Below are positions 1-6,103 of a DNA stretch of 32,000 nt, in pieces. The translations under genes were made by a program, and so were the position numbers. Location of the stretch: contig NZ_JAYKGW010000092.1 in the NCBI RefSeq assembly GCF_035285525.1, positions 1 through 32,000 on the forward strand. Reading direction: 5' to 3'. The notes beneath the pieces were generated by a model. That model had not been told where the DNA came from. It did not search any database and saw only the letters and a program-made list of their open reading frames with translations. Numbering within the stretch: position 1 is the stretch's first letter; each line of letters starts with the position of its first letter. The stretch comes from Okeania sp. (GTDB lineage: Bacteria; Cyanobacteriota; Cyanobacteriia; Cyanobacteriales; Microcoleaceae).

Positions 1-323
1 GTGGCTTTCCGTCGAGAAACGAGAAACGCCACACCCAAAGGCACAGCAGTCATGGCATCCCCGATGTTGTGAATCAGATCGGCCAGGAGAGCGACACTGC
101 CAGAAAGCCAGAATACCCCTGCCTGTAGGACAGCAGTGATTAGCAAACCCACTAGCGACCATTTCACAGCCCAGATGCCTCGTTCCGAACTAGCGATTTC
201 GGGGTCTATTATTCCGTGGGTATGGGTATGACCATCGTGGTGGTGGTGATGGTGGTGTTTTACATGAGGTGTGTTGACTTTAGAAATATCTTCAATTGGG
301 ATAGATGTGGGAAGTTGCGTCAT
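1..323 (-). CDS. Cation diffusion facilitator (CDF) family metal efflux transporter, N-terminal part; the gene continues past the window start
   Basis: My own reverse-strand translation from the ATG at 323-321 is open to position 1: MTQLPTSIPIEDISKVNTPHVKHHHHHHHDGHTHTHGIIDPEIASSERGIWAVKWSLVGLLITAVLQAGVFWLSGSVALLADLIHNIGDAMTAVPLGVAF. It has a His-rich N-terminus followed by TM helices with the CDF-type LLAD-x2-H-x3-D metal-site motif. It is absent from the ORF track because it is truncated at the window edge. Confidence 0.8.
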   Translation of the reverse strand, partial: MTQLPTSIPIEDISKVNTPHVKHHHHHHHDGHTHTHGIIDPEIASSERGIWAVKWSLVGLLITAVLQAGVFWLSGSVALLADLIHNIGDAMTAVPLGVAFLVSRRKA

Positions 324-360
324 TTTAGTTATCAGTTATGAGTACCTCTATACAATAAGC

Positions 361-517
361 AGGATTTACGCAGGGAGAACCCAGAAACCACGTTTCTCAG
401 GTAAATAATTATTTTTAACTTCCCTGGCGGTAAGTCCCGCGATCTCCCGCAGGGGAGCGTCGGGAGTATGTCAATAATAGATATTTACGAGAAACCCGGT
501 TTCTTTGCGTAAGCCCT
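361..517. mobile_element. MITE-like element with AGGAyTTACGCA-type terminal inverted repeats
   Basis: The left end aggatttacgca (361-372) and right end tgcgtaagccct (506-517) are inverted repeats. The same termini occur at 2767/2886, 28080/28470 and 30944/31072. The interior carries GAAACC-N-GGTTTC palindromes also found at 4334-4368 and 25908-25946. Confidence 0.5.
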
Positions 518-876
518 GACATTGATTAACTCTTTTACGATTCCAAATCTGGTATAAATCTACCCGTTATACCCCTCGCTCTAGAGACTTTGCATTCAAG
601 GTCTCTACAGCGTTTTCGTATTTTTTTGTAAACGGGTTTGTTGCACTCTGATTTGATATGACATCCTCTGGAACTTCTTTGTGCAAGGTAAGCCTGGAGG
701 TCTCTTCTAGGCCAATTTTTTAGAATCGTGCATACTTTTTGACTTAATGTACTGGTAAGCTATCTATGTGAATAAGCCAAAATTATAACTTTCTAAGTTA
801 TAGAAATTAAATAACTATTTTTTGATTAATATTAGTTTTAGTTATAAAATTAAGTGCTACAAAAATAAGTTTGTTA

Positions 877-1881
877 ATGGATATCAATAATATTAAAACT
901 AACCACACTAAAGATGCTCTTGGAACAGGTAATCAGAATATTCTCTCGAAATCCTGTACAGATGTGGATCATTTCAAAGAATTTTTTGATTATAAAAATA
1001 AAGAAATAATACAACTCACTCCTGGTTTTGTTAAAGCTGAGTTTTTGTCGATTCAGGTTGGTGACATATTTTTTTTATTTCATCAGGTGAACCAGGGATT
1101 TCAATTTTCAGGTGATGGTACAAAGGAATACATAGCGTTTGCGATAATTTGGTCTGAAAATGAAAGGGAATATTACTCCTGTCGTCACCCTGTCGAACCT
1201 CAAAAAACTGTTTTTGGTTTCAATAACACTGAAGCACACGAAATATTTCTTCAAGGTGGAGCATTTACAAACATTTTTATCCCTGTTACAACTTTTGATG
1301 CTTATGCAAACCAACTACAACGCCACGATCTAGACGATAATTTCCGCAGTAAAAATCATGTCAACTTGCCTCTAACTGCGATGAAAGAAATTAAAGATTA
1401 CCTGAAACCACTGATTTGGCTAGCAGTACACCAACCTACTTGGTTTCAAAACCCTCATATTGAAAAACTCGTTGCCGATGATTTCGTTCCTTTGTTGATT
1501 AGTAAAATTCCCATTAAGTTAAATTCTAAGTCTTTTCTCAAACCTTCCCGAAGAGCAAAATTGATTGCCAAAGCTGAAAAAGAGATGTTAGCGCACTTAG
1601 ATAAACCTTTGACTTTAAAACAACTCGCTGAAAATTTAGAGTCTAGCAGTTGTGCATTATCTTTTGGTTTTAAAGACTTATTTGGTGTGAGTCCGATGCG
1701 CTATCTCAAGATACGACGACTTAATGCAGTGCGACAACACCTGAAGGTAAGGGAACCCGAAAATTGTACCATTGTCTTCCTTGCTAATGAATATGGGTTC
1801 TACTGTCCGAGTCATTTTACTAGAGATTACAAAGCTATGTTTGGGGAGTTGCCTTCAGAGACGTTGCGAAAGAAAGCATAG
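877..1881 (+). CDS. AraC family transcriptional regulator
   Basis: The C-terminal ~100 aa is a typical AraC/XylS double helix-turn-helix (LTLKQLAENLESSSCALSFGFKDLFGVSPMRYLKIRRLNAVRQHL ... ANEYGFYCPSHFTRDYKAMFGELPSE). I do not recognise the N-terminal ~230 aa. The ORF track starts at TTG 871; the ATG at 877 is the more likely start. Confidence 0.85.
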   Translation: MDINNIKTNHTKDALGTGNQNILSKSCTDVDHFKEFFDYKNKEIIQLTPGFVKAEFLSIQVGDIFFLFHQVNQGFQFSGDGTKEYIAFAIIWSENEREYYSCRHPVEPQKTVFGFNNTEAHEIFLQGGAFTNIFIPVTTFDAYANQLQRHDLDDNFRSKNHVNLPLTAMKEIKDYLKPLIWLAVHQPTWFQNPHIEKLVADDFVPLLISKIPIKLNSKSFLKPSRRAKLIAKAEKEMLAHLDKPLTLKQLAENLESSSCALSFGFKDLFGVSPMRYLKIRRLNAVRQHLKVREPENCTIVFLANEYGFYCPSHFTRDYKAMFGELPSETLRKKA

Positions 1882-2011
1882 AGAGGAGAAAAAAATCACG
1901 GAACATGAAAGTTGTGTTACTAAGACTAAACTTCACGACAACTAAGCTATAGTAATAGTCCATCTATGTAACTTCGGAAAATATCAATTTAATTTTCCAG
2001 TGATTGTGAAC

Positions 2012-2064
2012 AAAAAAAACCTCCACCAAAGCTAGGCAGAGGTTGCTTCCAGGGTGCATCTACC
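2012..2064 (-). ncRNA. NsiR1-like small RNA, copy 1
   Basis: Minus strand: TCCGGA at 2100-2095, conserved transcript core TAGATGCACCCTGGAAGC, terminator hairpin AACCTCTGCC/GGTGGAGGTT, then a T8 run (A-run 2012-2019 on the plus strand). The 5' end is estimated to +/-5 nt from where inter-copy conservation begins. Confidence 0.55.
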
Positions 2065-2134
2065 TCTTCTTTTTTCTCAGTTCATCTATGTAACTCCGGA
2101 AAATCATCAATTTAATTTTCCAGTGTTTGTGAAC

Positions 2135-2188
2135 AAAAAAAACCTCCACCAACGCCAGGTGAAGGTTATCTATCAGGGTGCATCTACA
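2135..2188 (-). ncRNA. NsiR1-like small RNA, copy 2 (diverged stem)
   Basis: Same layout, with TCCGGA at 2224-2219. The terminator stem is weakened (aacctcc...gaaggtt) and the region just 5' of the stem differs (atctatcagggtg instead of gcttccagggtg). Confidence 0.45.
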
Positions 2189-2258
2189 ATTTTCTTTTTC
2201 CTAAGTTTCTCTATTAACTCCGGAAAATCATCAATTTAATTTTCCAGTGGTTGTGAAC

Positions 2259-2310
2259 AAAAAAACCTCCACCAACGCTAGGCAGAGGTTACTTCCAGGG
2301 TGCATCTACC
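2259..2310 (-). ncRNA. NsiR1-like small RNA, copy 3 (promoter element mutated)
   Basis: The transcript and terminator are intact, with a T7 run. The upstream hexamer is TCCAGA/TCTGGA (2340-2345) rather than TCCGGA, and a MITE lies immediately upstream in transcript sense (2360-2514). Confidence 0.4.
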
Positions 2311-2359
2311 TTTTCCTTTTCTTCAGTTCCTCTATCAACTCCAGAAAATCATCAATTTA

Positions 2360-2514
2360 CAGCGCTTTTCACTCTTGATGAACCACCGGAGCCATAATCA
2401 AAATATAGTAGGGACGTTGGATAACAAAAATGCGTTTTCCGTTCCGGAATGCTCCGCAAACATGTCGCGTAGCGATATGTCCCTACTGTGGTTTACCGTG
2501 CAGGAAAACCGCTG
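2360..2514. mobile_element. 155-bp MITE with CAGCGsTTTTC terminal inverted repeats and a TA target-site duplication, inserted in the sRNA array
   Basis: The TIRs are cagcgcttttc (2360-) and gaaaaccgctg (-2514). They are flanked by TA (2358-2359) and TA (2515-2516). Removing the element and one TA restores the unit sequence caatttaatttttcag exactly. The interior contains a GTAGGGACG...TGTCCCTAC hairpin (2408-2486). Confidence 0.7.
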
Positions 2515-2540
2515 TAATTTTTCAGTGGTTATTTGGGAGC

Positions 2541-2594
2541 AAAAAAAAACCTCCACCAACATTAGGCAGAGGTTGCTTCCAGGGTGCATCTACA
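2541..2594 (-). ncRNA. NsiR1-like small RNA, copy 4
   Basis: TCCGGA at 2630-2625, conserved core, and a 10-bp stem (two G-U pairs) with a 7-nt loop and a T9 run (A-run 2541-2549 on the plus strand). Confidence 0.6.
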
Positions 2595-2667
2595 ATTTTC
2601 TTTTTCCTAATTTTCTCTATTAACTCCGGAAAATATCAATTTAATTTTTCAGTGGTTATTTGGGAGC

Positions 2668-2720
2668 AAAAAAAACCTCCACCAACATTAGGCAGAGGTT
2701 GCTTCCAGGGTGCATCTACA
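2668..2720 (-). ncRNA. NsiR1-like small RNA, copy 5
   Basis: TCCGGA at 2756-2751. The unit is nearly identical to copy 4, with the terminator stem followed by a T8 run. Confidence 0.6.
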
Positions 2721-2766
2721 ATTTTCTTTTTCCTAAGTTTCTCTATTAACTCCGGAAAATATCAAT

Positions 2767-2887
2767 AGGACTTATGCATGAACGCTATTGGTAGGGTGTG
2801 TTTTGCGTTCCGCAAAGCTACGCGACATATAAAGCCTATCTCGTAACTAAGCAATACTCCATATATAGTGCCTTTGCGTAAGTCCTG
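2767..2887. mobile_element. ~120-bp MITE of the AGGACTTAyGCA TIR family, flanked by an ATCAAT duplication, inserted in the sRNA array
   Basis: The TIRs are aggacttatgca (2767-) and tgcgtaagtcct (-2886). ATCAAT at 2761-2766 is repeated at 2888-2893. Uninterrupted units read aaaatatcaatttaattt, which serves as the empty site. Confidence 0.7.
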
Positions 2888-2920
2888 ATCAATTTAATTT
2901 TTCAGTTGTTATTTAGGAGC

Positions 2921-2973
2921 AAAAAAAACCTCCACCAACATTAGGCAGAGGTTGCTTCCAGGGTGCATCTAGT
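2921..2973 (-). ncRNA. NsiR1-like small RNA, copy 6
   Basis: TCCGGA at 3007-3002. Same core and terminator, with a 3-nt shorter promoter-proximal region (catctagtttt instead of catctacaatttt). Confidence 0.55.
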
Positions 2974-3112
2974 TTTCTTTTTCCTAAGTTTGTCTATTAA
3001 CTCCGGAAAATATCAATTTAATTTTTGATACCAAATCCGGTTATTAGAAAGTTATTTTCCAAATTTATCTCTAATTCTTGGCGCGGGGTCGCACCGCTGC
3101 TGCCCTCTGCCT

Positions 3113-3889
3113 TTATATTTGATGTCGGTGAATCATTGTGCCATTGGCCTGATCTGTCGGAACTACCAATAACTCACTTATATTAACATGGAGCGATCGC
3201 GTCGTACAAAAAAATACTAAGTCTGCGATATCATCTCCGGTCAAAGGTGTCAAGTCTTTGTAAACATTCTTAGCTTTTTCTGCATCCCCATGAAACCGGA
3301 CTTCACTAAATTCTGTTTCGACTAAACCTGGTTGAATTTCAGTTACTCGGACTGGAGTTCCTAATAAATCCTGTTTTAAACCCTCAGAAATTGCCCTAAC
3401 AGCCGCTTTAGAAGCACAATAAACATTACCTCCAGGATAGGCAGCACGACCAGCAATAGAACCAATATTGACTACATGACCTCGACCTCGACTTACCATT
3501 CCTGGAACTATATAACGAGTCATATATAGCAATCCTTTAATATTAGTATCAATCATTTCTTCCCAATCGTTGAAGTCGCCGAGATGGAGTTTATCTAAAC
3601 CCCGACTTAAGCCAGCATTATTAATTAAAATATCAATATTTTGCCAAGGTTCAAGTAAAGAATTTATTGCGGATTCAACTGCTAGGCGATCGCGCACATC
3701 TAGCTTTAATAAATAAACTTTACTTGGGAATTTTTTAGTTAATTCATCAGCAAGTTTTTCTAATTTTTCTTGACGACGAGCAACTAAAATTAGTTTGGCT
3801 CCTGCTTCAGCAAATATCTTGGCACAAGATTCTCCAATACCACTACTTGCACCTGTAATTAAAACTATTTGATCTTTAATAGAAATCAT
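3113..3889 (-). CDS. SDR family NAD(P)-dependent oxidoreductase (YdfG / 3-hydroxy-acid dehydrogenase-like)
   Basis: It has a TGASSGIG cofactor motif near the N-terminus, an NNAG motif, the catalytic Y-x3-K (YCASK), and a typical classical-SDR length of 258 aa. Confidence 0.9.
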   Translation of the reverse strand: MISIKDQIVLITGASSGIGESCAKIFAEAGAKLILVARRQEKLEKLADELTKKFPSKVYLLKLDVRDRLAVESAINSLLEPWQNIDILINNAGLSRGLDKLHLGDFNDWEEMIDTNIKGLLYMTRYIVPGMVSRGRGHVVNIGSIAGRAAYPGGNVYCASKAAVRAISEGLKQDLLGTPVRVTEIQPGLVETEFSEVRFHGDAEKAKNVYKDLTPLTGDDIADLVFFCTTRSLHVNISELLVVPTDQANGTMIHRHQI

Positions 3890-4054
3890 TTTTACTATTA
3901 CAAATTTTGATTGGTTTTCCTAATTTTTAACACCATATTATAACTTTATTTTGACAGTTATAATTAGAGTTATTAGGAGTTACGCAGAAACAACATATTT
4001 ACATATTTAGGGAATAGCAGAATATAAATTATCCGAGTTTTCTACCTAACCTCT

Positions 4055-4110
4055 GTAGGGACGTTTTGCTGCGCAACATGAAACGCATTTTTGTTATGCA
4101 ACGTCCCTAC
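4055..4110. repeat. GTAGGGACGTT ... AACGTCCCTAC palindromic dispersed repeat
   Basis: Inverted arms gtagggacgtt/aacgtccctac with a ~34-nt loop. Shorter-loop copies lie at 28545-28572 and 30333-30360, and a diverged copy lies inside the MITE at 2408-2486. Confidence 0.7.
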
Positions 4111-4333
4111 TCCTCCCTATTTTTATAACTAAATGGGATAATTTTTACTTGGAAGTCCCTTAGTAGGAGTGAATAAAAATCACCCCGCCAACTTTAGGCG
4201 ATGTTCAGAGTTACATCCCCCTTAACTTTGGGGGAGTTTAAGGGTTTTGTTCCTCCCAAAATTGAGAGGCTTGGGGGCTTGCATCATAACCCATAACCCT
4301 ACGCAGGACAATTATAGGATTCATAGGAAAGCC

Positions 4334-4368
4334 AAGAAACCCGGTTTTTTTGAAAAACCGGGTTTCTT
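4334..4368. repeat. Perfect 16-bp-arm palindrome (AAGAAACCCGGTTTTT ttg AAAAACCGGGTTTCTT), GAAACCCGG repeat family
   Basis: Read directly from the sequence. Related GAAACC(C)GGTTTC palindromes lie at ~385-400, 491-505 and 25908-25946. It could act as a bidirectional terminator or insulator in the long intergenic region. Confidence 0.6.
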
Positions 4369-4461
4369 TATTTAGCAATGAGGGTAATAATCTCAAGAGC
4401 AATAATATAGAATCCGTTTACATACCTCAAAAGTTAGAAGGGAAGAGGAAGGATTTTTTTT

Positions 4462-4623
4462 ATGGCTAATTATTACAATATAATGTCATACCAATTGCAA
4501 TACATTAGCACTATACTTGGGCAATACTTCAGCCATCAACTAGATAGCACAAGTCGAATCACTTTTTTGTTAATTTTAGCTAATTTAATGTTAATTATTG
4601 TTATGTTTGCTTGTCCTGTATAA
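4462..4623 (+). CDS. Possible 53-aa small membrane protein (speculative)
   Basis: ATG 4462 to TAA 4621-4623 translates as MANYYNIMSYQLQYISTILGQYFSHQLDSTSRITFLLILANLMLIIVMFACPV. A purine-rich stretch (ggaagaggaagga) lies ~10 nt upstream and the C-terminal segment is hydrophobic and helix-length. It falls below the ORF-track cutoff and I recognise no homology. Confidence 0.2.
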   Translation: MANYYNIMSYQLQYISTILGQYFSHQLDSTSRITFLLILANLMLIIVMFACPV

Positions 4624-4888
4624 ACCTTGTATGCAGCCTCTAGATCCTACTCTCCGGCTCAACAAGATGTAAAAAAGTTTTTGATAAAAAGTATTATTCG
4701 GAGGCTATATAAAAATATTTCCGATTTATTTACTTTCTGTTGTTAGCTTAGAAATAACAAGGCATTCAACCCGAATTGAATCTTAGTCAAGGGCTTTTTT
4801 AGCACATTTTTTTAGATCATCAAGTAATTAATTAAAAAATAATTAAAACCAGCTTTAATTATTAATAAAAATTAATGTTCTAATTCTC

Positions 4889-4916
4889 TTGACAAACCCA
4901 AATATTGTGTTAGATT
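4889..4916 (+). promoter_or_regulatory. Candidate sigma70-type promoter for the giant exoprotein gene
   Basis: TTGACA (4889-4894), a 16-nt spacer, then TAGATT (4911-4916), in an AT-rich tract ~270 nt upstream of ATG 5184. A second candidate is TTGACA 5000-5005 with TACTAA 5023-5028. This is sequence match only. Confidence 0.3.
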
Positions 4917-5183
4917 TGAACTTCAATAGAGTTTAGTTTAACAATTATCAAAGTTAATTAAGTACAAAGGCTAGTAAACTTGAACAGCCAAAACTCATAT
5001 TGACATATTGAAAAGATTTAATTACTAAATATCGGCGATTTCTCGGGATCTAGCTGAGTTGTGGGGAGCCATTTCAAGTCTCCTTTCTCTAGGGGAATCG
5101 CGAGTATATTTGACTCAAAAGAAAAATATTAAATAAACAAATAACTAACTACTAACCGCTGAGAAAAAAGGAAAACAAACATC

Positions 5184-6026
5184 ATGGCAAATGTAAGTTA
5201 TAACTTCGGTAGCCCCAAATTTACTCCCATTATTAAAGAAGCAACCAATAAACAGATTCTTTTATTAGATGGAGTCAACGATTATCTTGAAATTCCCGAT
5301 GCCAATGCTATTGACTTTGGCACGAATCAAAACTTTACCGTTGAGTCTTGGTTCAAAGTCGATCCGAGTCAAAATACCGAAGGCGACATCATCGAAAAAT
5401 GGAAAGACCCCACTGGCTATCCTTATGTGATTCGCTACGATGGAGGCAGTGGTAAAGTCGTTGCTGCTCGCTACGATCGCTCTAATAATCCTAGTATTGT
5501 TTCGACGAGAACTTTTAACGATGGCCAATCTCATCACGTTGCTTTTGTCAAAGATGGTAATCAATTAAAACTTTACGTTGATGGCCAACTAGACGGAACG
5601 ACTACAGACACCACAACGGGTAATACCCAAAATAACTCGCCTCTGTTCATTGGTAATCGAGGAGGTATTGCCAACCATTTCAAAGGCGAAATAGAGGAAC
5701 TCCGCATTTGGAATGTGGCCCGGACTCCAGCAGAAATCCAGAGCAACTTAAACACAACTTTCCAAGGGACTGAAGCAGGGCTGGCAGGTTATTGGAATTT
5801 TGACCAGGATAATATCGATGGGACGATCGCTCAGGATGCTACGGCTAATGGCAATGACGGTACTCTCAAAAATGGGGCGAAGTTGGAGATAGATGACTCT
5901 TTCATCGGTTATGTAGAGATAGTTTTGGACCAAGCGGTGACTGTTGCACCGGGGGCTATTATTGAATATCGGATTGAGGGGCCTCTACTGCTACCCAACA
6001 GACAGATTTTTATAATGCTCAATTAG
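5184..6026 (+). CDS. N-terminal fragment of the giant RTX exoprotein: LamG (concanavalin A-like lectin) cassette 1 plus the start of a Calx-beta domain, cut off by a frame change
   Basis: LLLDGVNDYLEIPDANAIDF...FTVESWFKV...HHVAFVKDGNQLKLYVDG...ELRIWNVART...GYWNFD is a LamG/Laminin_G_3-type module ~85% identical in DNA to the cassettes at 6219-6765 and 8347-8905. The ORF ends in nonsense-looking residues (PLLLPNRQIFIMLN). The -1 frame, open from 5978, continues the Calx-beta domain. Confidence 0.85.
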   Translation: MANVSYNFGSPKFTPIIKEATNKQILLLDGVNDYLEIPDANAIDFGTNQNFTVESWFKVDPSQNTEGDIIEKWKDPTGYPYVIRYDGGSGKVVAARYDRSNNPSIVSTRTFNDGQSHHVAFVKDGNQLKLYVDGQLDGTTTDTTTGNTQNNSPLFIGNRGGIANHFKGEIEELRIWNVARTPAEIQSNLNTTFQGTEAGLAGYWNFDQDNIDGTIAQDATANGNDGTLKNGAKLEIDDSFIGYVEIVLDQAVTVAPGAIIEYRIEGPLLLPNRQIFIMLN

Positions 6027-6103
6027 ATGTCAGCACCACCGATGGGAATCCACCAACTAATTCTGTTTTTATTCCTCAAGGGGAAAATACAGCCCGCATC
6101 CAC

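Larger units (their letters stand above)
1960..3026 (-). repeat. Tandem array of six ~123-bp units, each a promoter + sRNA + terminator (NsiR1-like multi-copy sRNA locus), interrupted by two MITE insertions
   Basis: Direct repeats start at 1985, 2108, 2232, ~2514, 2637 and 2890, with a promoter-only remnant at 1960-1984. The units form two subfamilies (1-3 and 4-6). Read on the minus strand, each unit has TCCGGA, a variable ~30-nt spacer, conserved TAGATGCACCCTGGAAGC, a hairpin and a T7-9 run. Confidence 0.8.

Noticed and set aside
1108-1314. 68-aa minus-strand ORF inside the AraC gene; likewise 5265-5564, 5573-5755 and 5748-5933 inside the LamG fragment, 22095-22346 inside murG and 27008-27190 inside ndhD
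   Set aside because: These are antisense to well-supported genes, with no recognisable motifs.
2054-2768. ORF-track ORFs on both strands (2054-2239, 2300-2623, 2398-2589, 2430-2768) inside the tandem repeat array
   Set aside because: Their translations simply repeat with the ~123-bp DNA unit (GASTIFFFLSFSINSGK...). They cross MITE insertions and terminator hairpins and have no coding-like composition. The repeat structure is explained by sRNA units.
1960-3026. Possibility that the tandem repeats are a CRISPR array
   Set aside because: The whole ~123-bp unit is repeated, with no unique spacers alternating with short repeats. The only unique inserts are two TIR-bounded MITEs, and no cas genes are in the window.
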